From positions 1,550,001 to 1,614,000 of the forward strand of contig BQFW01000011.1 in assembly GCA_020891255.1 (NCBI GenBank): a stretch of 64,000 bases of DNA. Reading direction: 5' to 3'. Shown piece after piece: positions 11,856 through 24,528 of the stretch (the first letter of the stretch is position 1; each line of letters starts with the position of its first letter). A program made the position numbers and the translations under genes. The notes under the pieces are model-generated. The model ran no database searches, was not told the origin of the DNA, and worked only from the letters and a program-made list of their open reading frames with translations. The stretch comes from Entomortierella parvispora E1425 (lineage: Eukaryota; Fungi; Mortierellomycota).

Positions 11856-12694
11856 ACAATACTTGATCCTCTTGTCATATCCTTTCGATCTTTTACTCAC
11901 TTTGTCTGACTCTGATATCGAGTTGTGTTATTAACGCGCGTCTTTGACACTCTTCTCGTGGCTTGGGCGGAGTCATTCGATCATTATACTGCAGCAGGGA
12001 ATATTGCACTCTACCAAGTCCAGCAAGCGCCTTAGCCCACCAAGTCCATCAAGCATTTACTCTACGATGTCCGGCAAGCATTTTACTGTACCAAACATGA
12101 ACCTCTCGAACCAGGTGCTTAAAGGATAAATATCAGCTATGGTGCACGTCACCTAGTCGCGACAAAAACGTGGAAATCCCTATAAAGAAGCAAGCGAGGC
12201 CTTTTGATCGTAAAAGGCCCCGTAGTTGATTGATGCCTTTCACATCTTCAGGGCTACGATGCTATTTTCACCTACAGCCTTGACGGCAACTTGAGAGACA
12301 CTGTATCATGGCATGTCTCGATGTGAAAAGCGATCAAATAAAAATCTTCCTTTCATGTATTTGCTGTATTGCTCACGTGATCAGTTTTGATGTTGATCTG
12401 AAATGTCCGAATCTTCGGAGATGCTGTTCGGCATCCAGGCCGGATGAGTGCTCATTTTCCTCTTCTTTCTTCATCATTGCCTTTTCTTTCCACCTCCGGA
12501 CTAGGTGCCGTTCCCTTTTGTTTCCCCCTTCATCCTCCTCTGTGCCTGCCGTTGCTGTAGCACTCTCGTTCACTCCCTTGTACAACCGACTTTCCCTGTT
12601 TTAGAAACACGTTCAAAAAACAGGCACACGTTGCTTCGGACCTCTCTTCGCTTTCACTCCCCACTCTTTTCTCTACATATACCTTTCGCACACA

Positions 12695-15281
12695 ATGCTT
12701 CGCGCATTTGCTTCCAAATCCGCTGGACGTATTGCTCGCCAGGCTGGAGGTACAGTGCTACAGTGACCTGACCGGACCGGATGGACGAAAGATATGCAAG
12801 TCGCTCAATAGGTCGCATGCACCCCAATTAACACGCCATAATCCAAATCATTAGCACCCCGCCACTTCCGCACGTCGGCTGCTGTCAAGAACGAGGTTGA
12901 GGTCTTTGTCGATGGCAAGGCCGTCAAGGTCGAAGCCGGATCGGCTGTTATTCAAGCCTGCGAAAAGGCTGGTGTCCATATCCCCCGTTTCTGTTACCAC
13001 GAGCGTCTGTCTGTGGCTGGAAACTGCAGAATGTGTTTGGTTGAGGTGGAAAAGTCGCCCAAGCCCGTGGCCTCGTGCGCGTTCCCTGTCATGCCTGGAA
13101 TGAAGATCAAGACTGACTCCAAGTTGGTCAAGAAGGCGCGTGAGGGTGTCATGGAGTTCTTGTTGGCCAACCATCCTCTTGATTGCCCCATTTGCGACCA
13201 AGGAGGAGAGTGCGACCTTCAGGATCAGTCGGTCCGTTACGGATCGGACCGTGGTCGTTTCACAGAGGTTGTTGGTAAGCGTGCCGTTGAGGACAAGGAT
13301 CTTGGACCTTTGATCAAGACGACCATGACTCGTTGCATTCACTGCACCCGTTGCGTCCGTTTCGCGAACGAGGTGGCTGGATTCCAGGATCTCGGAACCT
13401 CTGGACGTGGAAACGACATGCAGATCGGAACTTATATTGAAAAGACCATGAACTCTGAGGTAAATTCGTCGCCCTGTTATTATTATTTTTTATTATCTCA
13501 AAATGCCAGCATCGGTTGAATGAGCAGCCTACTAATCTATCCCTTCACTCATTTTTTTTTTACAAATACCTTTTCTACGGATTATTTCTGGAATATTTTT
13601 GACATCCAACCCGACTACAATTGGATCACGGAACAACACTACGGACCCAACTTCAACAGCTCTCTGGAAACCTGGCTGATGTATGCCCCGTTGGCGCTCT
13701 TCTTGCCAAGCCATATACCTTTAATGCCCGCCCTTGGGAGCTCAAGAACACGGAATCGATTGATGTCTTGGACGCTCTCGGATCCAACATTCGTGTCGAC
13801 TCGCGTGGTGTTGAGGTGATGCGCATTCTCCCCCGTTTGAACGAGGAGATTAACGAGGAGTGGATTTCTGACAGAACTCGCTCGGCTTATGATGGTCTCA
13901 AGACCCAGCGTTTGACAACTCCTATGGTCCGCAAGGGCAATACGTTTGTGAATGTCAACTGGGCTGAGGCCTTGAACAAGGTGGCCTCGGAGATGAAGGC
14001 AGCTGGACCTGGAATCAAAGCCATTGCTGGACAATTGGCCGATGCCGAGTCCTTGGTCTCACTCAAGGATCTTGTCAACAGACTCGGATCGGAGAACGTT
14101 ACTGTCGACAACAAGCGTCAGGAGAACCCCGCCCACGGAGCAGACTTCCGTTCCAACTACTTGATGAACTCGACCATTGCTGGAATTGAACAGGCTGATG
14201 CTCTTCTTCTGATCGGTACCAACCCTCGTCACGAGGCCGCCGTGATGAATGCTCGCATTCGTAAGTCGTTTGTTTACAACGGTTTGAACGTCGGACTTGT
14301 CGGAGCACCCGTGGATTTGACCTATGACTATGAGCACATTGGTACCGACACTGCTTCGCTCGAGGCCTTGGTCGCTGGCAAGCACGCCTTCTCGGCCCAG
14401 TTGGCTGCAGCCAAGAACCCCATGATCATTATCGGAAGCGGCGTGAACGACTTGGCTGACAGTGAGTATGTCTTCTCGACCGTCTCCAAGATTGTCGACC
14501 AGCACAAGGACAAGTTCTTCCAGGAGAACTGGAATGGTTTCAACGTTCTCCAGCGGGTAAGGCATCTTTATGTTGTTCTCACCTGCGCTTATATTTGAAG
14601 TTTTTTTTTTTTTTTATGAAATGCTGACGAGAACGTGTTGCTGTTATTTAGGCTGCGGGCAGAGGTGCTGCTTATGACATTGGATTTGTTCCCCAGGCCA
14701 AGGAGGAGGATAAGGCCAAGTTTGTTTACTTGCTCGAGGCGGATGAGATCTCTGCCAGTGATATTCCCAAGGATGCCTTTGTCGTCTACCAGGGACACCA
14801 TGGAGATGTTGGAGCACAATACGCCGATGTGATCTTGCCAGGAGCCACCTATACTGAGAAGAGCGCCACCTACGTCAACACGGAAGGACGTCCCCAGATG
14901 ACTCGTGCAGCTGTTCCTCCCCCTGGCGCTGCTCGTGAGGACTGGAAGATCATTCGTGCGCTTTCAGAGGTCGCTGGAGCCACTCTTCCTTACGATGATG
15001 TTCACCAGGTCCGGGACCGCCTTCGTGACATTGCGCCCTCCTTCTCCCGTTACAACGTGGTCGAGCCCAGCTCTGTGGCCGTGGCCTCTTTGGGACTTTC
15101 CACCTTGAAGAAGGATGGAGCCAAGTCGGCCAAGACTGTGTTTACGCCTGTGATTTCTGATTACTACATGACGGACTCGATCACCCGCGCATCCTCTACC
15201 ATGGCCAAGTGCTCGGTTGCATTCTCCAAGGGCACGCATCCCCCAGAAGAGTCCGAGTTCAAGATCGAGGCAACTGCATAG
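12695..15281 (+). CDS. NDUFS1: NADH:ubiquinone oxidoreductase 75/78-kDa Fe-S subunit (complex I), mitochondrial precursor
   Basis: Presequence [15 protein letters not shown]; [19 protein letters not shown]; [19 protein letters not shown]; [13 protein letters not shown]; [12 protein letters not shown]; [10 protein letters not shown]. Three introns. Confidence 0.97.
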
Positions 15282-15945
15282 ATAGAGAAAGAGAGAGAGG
15301 AGAGAGGAGGGAGGAGGAGGAGAGAGAGAGAACGATAGAGCCAAGTGTACACATATGAATTCAAAAATATCCAACTTTTAGACACACCCTGCTTTGTTTC
15401 AATGGGGGGTGGAGAATGAATGGCAGTGCAAAAAAAGAAGCATCCGTTACACCGAGCCAGCCCAATCTGCGCCCAGACTCGAATGGTCCTGAAGCGGATG
15501 GGGACATGGCAGGGCACAGTGGTGCGGCGAGAGAGAGAGAAAGAGACGGAGGGAGAGAAAAGAAAAGAGGGCTCAACAGACATATGGACTCTATTTTTCT
15601 GTTTGCCTCGTTTTTATTTGTCCAGGGAAGCATCTCCCTCCTTGTTCGTTCATCTCTTCATCCCCATCTCTTTCCTTCATCCGCACCCCTCATCATTCTC
15701 ATTGCCTCGATACCCCCATCCCAAAGAGAGACTGATTCCAGCCCAAGGACAAGGGCGAAGCAAACAAACAAAAAAAGCGGTCGAAACCTCCTTTGTTTCG
15801 CAGTAACCGCCCATCCCAGGAACAGACTGATCTTCGACATACTGCCAGGGGGATAATTCTTTGTATCCATCCAACGGTTCTCTCAGAATCGCTGCACTAG
15901 ACTGCAACATATACCCTGTCAAAGTACAACTTACACCAAGAAAAA

Positions 15946-18233
15946 ATGACCAGGCAAAGACTCGGACGAGGCGTCAAGCGGATAGTCCTCCTCACTGCTG
16001 CAGCCGTGTCTCTCTTGGCTGGGTTCTCTTCCGTTGATGTCTCTGCTGCTCCAACGGCCTTAACAGGACTCATCGCCCACCCCAGACTCAAGAGGCAGGA
16101 GCGGCCAGACGACTGTACTGTTTTGGGCAATCTGGAGGAACCCGACATCTATTGGCAGGACGTCCAACGTTGTTATCAGTCGGTCCCTTACAAAGCTGCG
16201 GATGCGGATGCGATCCTGTCGACCCTTTATGCCTATTACCGAGACTACTATATCTTTATCGACAGTGCCATGTTGGAGAATCAGGCGAAACCATTCACCA
16301 ACCCGCCCGTGGATGTCTTGAAGGAACTGGACGAGATTTCTCGAAAGAGATACAAGGGTGACTTTGAATTCCAGAGTGATGTCGAGTTGCTTGTCAATCG
16401 ACTGAATGATGCCCATGCCAACTATATGCGTAAGACCTATGGAGTCTTTTTGACGAGTTCATTATTATTTGGGCAAAAGCTTGAATTGTCGTACTCAACT
16501 TTCATCCTCCTCTATCCTATATAGCTTCTTGCTACCGGCACTATCTCTTCCAGCAACCGCTCGATCTTTACGCTCCAGTCGTGAATGGCGTCCAGGTATA
16601 AATAAGCCCCATGGAAAGAAAAAGACTGGGGAGAGAGGCGGGACAGAGAGAGCATTTCAATTAATCACCTGCCTTTTGTTTCCTTCGAATCAATTAGTCA
16701 ATACGCATCATGAATGACCGCACGGAAAGGGGCTTGGAAGATTGTGAAATTCAAAAAATCAATGACAAGGATGCATTGGAAGCGATCCAACAGTGGGCTG
16801 ACCTTCACTCGGGCTACTCCAAAGATGCAGGCGTTCGACTGAACAAGGCGCTGTCCCAGACGACCTTCAACACGGTGGACAAGAGTTGGGTTGTGGATAT
16901 GGGACAGTTCCTCTCTCGAGTGACTTTGCCAGAAAGCGCAGAGTTGGTGTACCAAATCCATTGTACGGGCCCCGACTACCCTCAACCGAGACACGAGGTT
17001 CTTAAAGTCCCTTGGGAGGTGTATCGGTTAATGTCATGGAAGGATTTCGGTAGCACGGAAGAGTTTTTGCAACGATGCTACAAGGATCCAAAGACAGAAG
17101 GGGCGAAAAAGAGGTCTGTCAAGGAACGCAGGATGGAGGACTTGAATCACCAGGCTTCAATATCGTCATCTCGAGAGATCCTGAACCCACAGGTGATGGC
17201 CACTCGGCGGCGACAGGAGTCTTCTGCACCCTCCTTGATCAAGAGGCAAGCCGAGGAAATCAAGGTCGCAAACATGGTGTATAACGGCACCTCAACTGCG
17301 TTTTACCAACTCATCAAACGACCCACGATCGGCGTGGTCATGATCCCTACCCATTCTGTGAACCAAACTGCCGAGGTCCAGATTTTGATTGATGGATTCC
17401 AGAAGCTGTACGATATCGGGGTTCGCAACGTGATCTTGGACCTATCCTACAATGGAGGTGGCTATGTCAACTTTGCGTACGATCTTGTCGATTGGATGTT
17501 TCCAAACAATACCCGGACTTCAGTCTACCATTCGGACTTGAGGGCCTCCATGAGTGTCAAGGCTCTAGCGCGCGAAGATCTGGCTCATGAAGACTACAAT
17601 GGGTATTTCAACCCGGATTCTTTTTCAGACCCGGCCACGGAAGAAGTCTTTATGACAAACTTTTTCTTGCAGGATCGAGTACAAAAACGGGCCAAGAGGC
17701 CGACCGGTTACACGCCCAAGGTCTTTATGAACCACAACCTCGGATCTTTTGAGATGGAAATGCCATGGCAGCACGATGCAGAGAGGATCGTGGTCTTGAC
17801 GGAGGGTTCTTGCGGATCTGCTTGCGGGATGACCTTGAATCGGCTCAAGAACCGCCACAATGTCAAGACGTACGCGGTTGGAGGGCGTCAGGGCGAGCCC
17901 CTGTCCATGTTTTCGTTTCCAGGAGCTTCAGTCCACCCCTTGGATTCACTCTTGGAAGATTTTAATGCTCTCGGAGTGGATTCGCCGATGCAGGAGATGA
18001 AATACAAGGGCACTTACAGGGTGCCTGTCATGGAATTCTTCCAGGAAGATGACCTGATGCCTATCGAGTATAATCCAAAATTGTACGCGGCCGATTTTCA
18101 TTTGGACTATACACCCTTGACAGCCAGGAACCATGAACTGCTGTGGGAAATCATTGCAAACAATCATTGGAAAGAAGAAGGCAACCCTGGTGCAGAAGAT
18201 GATCCCTCCATCGAGAAACCAAAAGCCGAATAA
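15946..18233 (+). CDS. Secreted peptidase S41 family (tail-specific/CPAF-like) protein
   Basis: Signal peptide-like N-terminus; LNDAHANY; VILDLSYNGGG; VLTEGSCGSACG nucleophile motif; KTYAVGG; SMFSFPG. Three exons (introns ~16429-16523 and ~16596-16697). Confidence 0.82.
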
Positions 18234-18387
18234 TAGACCTCATACCCCCTCGCCAAATTACATGTAATAGAAAATCATTTATTCTTGAGTCAATTGGAGC
18301 AGCGCGAATAGATGACCTTTATGAAGAAACCAAGGAAACTGTGTAGGGTTCTCTCGTTTCCCCCTTTCTTTTTTTTTTCTCCTTTTC

Positions 18388-19193
18388 TTATTTGTTCTCT
18401 GCGAAAAAGTAGTTGGCACCCACAAGTTCCAAACCAGCCTGGGCGGAAAACTGCTTTGCCTTGAATCCTGCATGTGAGGATCCCAAAGGTGTTGTCAAAA
18501 CGGAGGCATTCGAGTGGTTGGATTGCTTGTACAGCAAAAACACGTAGCGGTGAGGACCCGATCCTGCTGGCGGGGCAGGTCCCATGTAGGAAGAAAGGGT
18601 GTTGCCGTGAGAAATGTTGGCGGGCTGCAAGTCGCCTGCTCCCGGGCTGATGTTGGTGACGACCCAATGACGGTACTCGCGCATCCTTGGATCCTTGCGG
18701 CTTGGTGCATCAGGATCGCACTAGGGGTAAAAAGAAAGTGAGTGTGTGTTTATCCAAGTTAATCTGTCGCTCCGATTCAAGGCCTTGGCGCCTTGACAAG
18801 AATAAAAAAGAGAGCGTGTCACTTGATCCTTGATTTGCTCTTACCATGATCAAAGTATACTTGGAAGAAGGTGAATCAGAGAGAAACGAGACTTGGGGGG
18901 GATGTTGGGTCTCTGCAGAAAGTCAAAGTCAAACGCAACAAATATAGAGGCGACGTGTTAGCAAGCTACGGGACTATCGGTGTTGCCGTTCTTCCAGCAT
19001 CATGGTCCAAGCAAGAAATCCATTTTTTTTTTTTACCGCTGACGGAAAGGGTGTTGCCGAGAGAGACATCCTTGTTGGCACCGTAGCTGACCACAAGCAT
19101 GGTCGAACCGTGGAAGGAGTCGAGAACATCGGGGACGATGCCATCCTGCTTGAGAGCGATCTCGGCGGCCTTGTCGTTTGTGAGAAGAGGCAT
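18388..19193 (-). CDS. Phosphatidylethanolamine-binding protein (PEBP/Tfs1-like)
   Basis: Three exons: DGIVPDVLD...GNTL, KYTLIM|CDPDAPSRKDP.MREYRHWVVTNI, YMGPAPPAGSGPHRYVFLLYKQ, LVGANYF. Confidence 0.95.
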
Positions 19194-19540
19194 GATTGTC
19201 GTTGTTGCTGGATGTTTTTGGGAGGGTTAGGTTGATAGAGGATTGGTTTTATCAAAAGTGGCGATGGAAGTGAAGGGTAGAGAGTCAAGGAGTTGAATCA
19301 GTAGAAGAGAATAGGAGTAGGGAAAAGAGGAATTGCCAAGAAGAGGAGAGGTAGAAGAGCGTGTGAACCTACTACTTGCTGAACAAACGCATGCATGACG
19401 GAATATCTTTCATTTGAGAAGGGTTTTTACCTTTACCCGGGCAAAGGCAGCATCATGCGCCACCAACCGAGACACGCCACCAACCAATCAAGGCATTTTC
19501 TGAAGCTCTGAACCCCTTCACTCAGAGAAAGAGTCTCATT

Positions 19541-20007
19541 GCGCCTATGGCCGCCGAATGAGTACCAACCTTAATGCATCCGCCATAGGCCGCAATGCAC
19601 CTGTCCAACATCCCACTGCGCCGTAGGCCGCCAAGTGAGTACATCACCTTATGCATCCGCCTTAGGCCGCAATGCACCTGTCCAACATCCCACTGCGCCG
19701 TAGGCCGCCAAGTGAGTACAGAGATAGGACGCTGACATCGATAGACATCAACAATGAGTCCATCACACCCCTGCTGAGCTGAACGAAATCAATTTAAACA
19801 TGACATCACCTTATGCATCCGCCTTAGGCCGCAATGCACCTGTCCAACATCCCACTGCGCCGTAGGCCGCCAAGTGAGTACAGAGATAGGACGCTGACAT
19901 CGATAGACATCAACAATGAGTCCATCACACCCCTGCTGAGCTGAACGAAATCAATTCAAACATGACATCAATGAGTCCATCACACCCCTGCTAAGCTGAA
20001 TCAAATT
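19541..20007. repeat. Hierarchical tandem repeat array: 77-bp unit A (x3 plus a degenerate partial), 85-bp unit B (x2) and a partial third B
   Basis: ccgtaggccgccaagtgagtac at 19621, 19698 and 19860 (spacings 77 and 162). agagataggacgctgacatcg...aaacatgac occurs twice. aatgagtccatcacacccctgct occurs three times. Confidence 0.95.
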
Positions 20008-21903
20008 ACTTAATTTACATGCACTCGACAGACACAAATGCGTTGAGGAGGGGGAAGAGGTATGATTGAGTCTAAATGAATGATTGCTTAAGAAGGTGCG
20101 ATTGATTGATCAAGAAGGTGTGATTGATTGATTCGGAGGAGAAGGAGTGTTGAAGGAGGGGAGGAAGGATGATGAAGAAGCAGTCAGAAAATCCAGGGAT
20201 CACGTTCAATAGCCCGAATACTGTATGACGTTCCCCCCTAAAAGACTCAACAGATCTCATACCATGCTCGCTGTCCACTTCGGAGTGCGGGCTGCAGCTG
20301 TGAACTTCTGGAGAGAGACTTCATTTTACAAGGCGACTCGCCTACCTGCCTGGAGGTAGATCGAATACGCTTATTCAAACTCCCAGGGTCCACCAGCATT
20401 TACTTCATGTATTTCAGCAGCAGTGGCAGTCCGGGGTTACCCATCCTCCATGAAGTATCGACTTTTGTGATCAGAGACAATATTTTTTTTTCAGGAATGC
20501 CGAGAGAATACGCTAGTTTCTCTTGGATGAGATGGCGTTCAAACAACCTTTGAAGACTCTCTTTTGTCACAGCAGCCGTACCCTTGGCGATGCCTGAATC
20601 CAATCGGACCATCTTCTACTCGCGATACATCGCGATACAAAAAAAAAGCTTTGGTTAATATCTTATTCCTCATTAAAGTAACCACGCGTTTTTACCGCAG
20701 AAAGAGACATTGGGAGTTGGGAGTTGGAGCCACTTTTGCTTTTGAAGCAGCCAACGACAATGACAAAAAAAAGAATGGATAACAAGCTATTGTGGGTGGG
20801 GGCGATCGCAATGGGGCTGTGAGATCTAAACGCGATCAGCGGAGCGCGTTTTTTGAGTGACGTTTATTGGTTGACGAGTCCCAAACTTATTCATTCATTT
20901 GTTCATTCAGTGCGACGGGAGACCGACGATTTATTGGGGGCGATCCGACTCTTGAGCCCATGCCTTTGTGTGTCCCAATGTCCCAAGGGTGAATGGGACA
21001 AGGCAGCGGGAAGGACAAAGGAGGCAACTGGGCCATGCATCGATGCATGGCAGCGTCACCTTGTTTCTTTTTCCCGAGGGGGAGGGTGGAGGGGAAGAAC
21101 AAAGAAGTAGATATATGTTGTGCATGTATGTGTGTGTCATCCACGCGTGGTAGCTGTGGTTGTCCGTCTGCCCTGCCAGTCTGCCCGTGCCTGCTGGGAG
21201 CAGCAGGTCAGAGAGCGGTGACTGATCTGATCTGATCAGATCTGATCAGGGACAAGGGCGGACGGACGGACATCCTCTTTGCTCATTCTTCTTCGATCCA
21301 ATTGAATCCAGTCTGGACACCAGATCGGGTCGTCCTCCTTTTGTTCATTCCTCCCGTCTTCTTTTCTCTTTCTGTCTTTTTTCTCTTTCTTCTCTTCTCC
21401 TCTTTCTCATTCAATCTCTTTTTCAGCCCACTCGGCTTTATTCTCTCTTCCCCCGTCATTCATCTTTACTCAACCGATCATTGTCTCATCGCATTTCAGG
21501 ACACGCATCCAGTGGATCATCCCATTGTTTCTCCATACATTGTTCCTACCTCCCCTTCTTGTTACGCGAGTCTTCTACTCCTAACCCGAACGCGTTCTTT
21601 GGCCCCTCAGACTCGTTCAACACGGTCCCGTCTCACCACCAGACTCCACCCTGTCTCCAACTGTACGTGGTATCTGAACCGATATCAGACGGCCTGAATC
21701 CCCGTGGTTAGAGTCAAGCACTTTCCTTCCCGACAAGCCAATCCCACGAGGACTCTACTGTTTGCCATCAAAGCTCGGCCTCTCGCGGTGCAAACAAACA
21801 ATTGCTTCGTACTACTTGCAAATACAGGCGCCTACGAGTCATCGTCAACAACATCAGAGCAGCAGTCATCAAGGAGATAAAAAAAGAGAAGAGCTGAGCA
21901 ACC

Positions 21904-24528
21904 ATGATGGCAACTACAGTACCCGCATCCACCCGGACGAAACAGCCGGAAAAGGGTCAGCCCAGGAACCAACAACAGAACCTGGTCGAGGCTACTTCGT
22001 CCCGAGCAGCCATGGTTCAGTCAGCCGCAAATGCGGCGCTGACACACACAGTCTCTGGTATCTCGGCCACGGGACGGTCCATCTCTTCTATGGTGTCATC
22101 GGGATTGCAGTCTCCGAAGCATCGTATTGTGGAGATGCTTCATGCCTTTGATGTAACCGATCTGGCCTCCTCAGCCCGCCACACACTTTCTACCACCAGC
22201 AGCATTGTTTTTTCTCCCTTGACAGTTCAGGCGGTCAAGGGAGATCTGACTGGCATTGCATCTCTTACAGGGCTGACCGGGATGGCTCCCCATCTAATGG
22301 CGAGCCACTACCTCAAGCGCGCTACAGCAAATGCACAGGCGCTGGCTCTGACCGGTGCTATCCAGGCCACGCCTATGCCTGCAGATCAATTGCTTGCCGA
22401 AGATATCCCAGAGCCAGCGGCTCGAGTCTCGCTCTTCCAGGGCTTTAAGGCCTCATACCCAGGACATGCCAAGAATGGCCGAAGAAGCAAAAACCATCAA
22501 AGACGCCGGAAACAGGGATACGGAGAAACGGATGCAGATGATCCGCAGGCTGCCTTTTCGTCACTGTTGAATGAGCGAGAACGGACAATCAAGGAACAGG
22601 TCAAGCTGCAAACACAAAAGGTAAACAATTCCCGTAGATCTATGGTCTGTGCTCCCCCTTTTGGGTGTAAACATTGACTCCTATTACACGAACCCTGACC
22701 AATGTTTATTATTATTGTCATGCTTCCAGACGGTCATTCAGTGCGAGTTGGATCAAATAGCGGCGTCCATTGAAACTCTTCAAGGGAAGCAAAAGAACCT
22801 TGGATTTCAACTTGCAAAGCTTTCGGAACGAGAGGACGATCTCGCGGATACCTGTATGTAATCGGGTATGGAGTTGCCTTTTACCTCATTGAACCCGAGT
22901 TTCTAACTGTTGCTTTGTACTCTAGTGGGAGAAATCAACGATAAGTTGGCTGGAATCTCGGAAGGCAACAAAAATTCCAATGGACAGCGTAAGTATTGGT
23001 GGCGCCGAGCTTCTTTATTTGATGCTTCTTGCTCATGACCCACTCCGCTTCTTTTTTTCTCGATTGTAATAGAAATGCAACTGGAATACAGAAACGAAAC
23101 GAGAGACTCGGGAACTTGTATGCAGACATTCTATGGACACGATGGAATTGTTACCTGCTTGGACTTGAACGGCCCCTATGGAACCATGGTTACCGCATCG
23201 AGAGATAGAACCACCCGCGTGTGGGATTTGACCACGTTCAAATGCCTTGGGCAGTTGCCTGGACACGAAGACTACGTCGAGTGCATGCAGTTGGAGGACA
23301 CTACTCTTGTGACAGGATCCAGGGACAACACCATCCGCATGTGGAACCTCGCGGATTTGCACCATTCTCAGGACTCTCGCTCATCATCACCCTCGCCATC
23401 AGAGAGTAGCCGCCATTCGAACGATATCACTGCCAGGATGAATGACGACGATGATTATAGCCGATCCTCGACCGATACCCTCAATGTCTTGGACTCTTGC
23501 TGGACCAGCACTTTGAATGGACATACTGGCAGTGTAACGTGCCTTTACTTCGAGGATTCAAAGCTGGTATGTTTTTGCAGAGAAAAAAAGAAAGAGCTTG
23601 AAACATGAACATCTGGTCGAAGAAAAGAAACGTGGCAATGGATGCTCACTAACAATGGTCTGTTTCTTTGCTACATGCATTTAGCTCTCAGGGTCCAATG
23701 ACAAGACGATCAAGGAGTGGGATATGACAACTGGACAATGTGTACTCACCATGGATTTGCTCTGGGCCATGAGCACCTCCAACACCTGGTCAGACTGGAT
23801 GAACGATGGCAACGACGAAAGCTATGTTGGCGGTCTTCAGTTCTGGCAGTATGCACTTTGCAGTGGTACCATCGATGGAGCCATTCGCATGTGGGATTGT
23901 AAGTCTTCTTCGGCATGATATCCCATATCCCCTAGTTGCTACGAGGGACATGTCGCTAACTTTCTTCCTCTTTGACTTGATGCTTGTAGTGAGGACGGGT
24001 CAATCACATAGAACACTGGCTGGCCACACGGGACCTGTTACGACTCTTCAGTTTGATAGCTTTCATGTGGTCAGTGGAGGAGTCGACAAGAGCATCCGGG
24101 TAAGTTTGACTTTTGGAGGTTGCAACTGATAGTGTTGCATTCACTCGTTATGAACATGGCACTGATAATTTGCTTCATTTTCTTTTTTGCATTAGATATG
24201 GGATCTTCGGACAGGAGGCATCCAGGAAATCTTGCAGTACGAGGACCCGGTCCGGAGTCTTCAGTTTGACAGCTCAAAGATCATTGTCGGATCGGGCGAT
24301 AGTCTCAAGGTACGAGAAGAGCACCAATGTGATGGAGGGTCAGTTTGCTTACACACCGTTCACTCACTCCTTTTTGCATTTGCATTTACTCTACAGATTT
24401 ACGACAGAAACTCACAACAGCACTCTTATTATACCGGACACACCAACACTGTGGAGAGTGTCCGCTTCTCAGACTCTGTCCTTGCCTCTGGAGGCCAGGA
24501 TTCTACAGTCCGCCTGTGGCAGCGGTAG
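21904..24528 (+). CDS. MDV1: Mitochondrial division protein 1 / Caf4-like WD40 adaptor
   Basis: N-terminal extension, coiled coil ([28 protein letters not shown]), then WD40 repeats including [46 protein letters not shown], typical of fungal Mdv1. Seven introns. Confidence 0.85.

Noticed and set aside
11384-11934. ORFs of 94 aa and 116 aa across the duplicated element (MGPGGWVSQH...)
   Set aside because: Most differences between copies are non-synonymous in this frame, a 5-nt indel shifts the frame near the 3' end, and there is no protein motif. RNA structure explains the conservation better.
19541-20007. CRISPR-like array
   Set aside because: The sequences between repeats are themselves repeated, there are no unique spacers or cas genes, and the context is eukaryotic.
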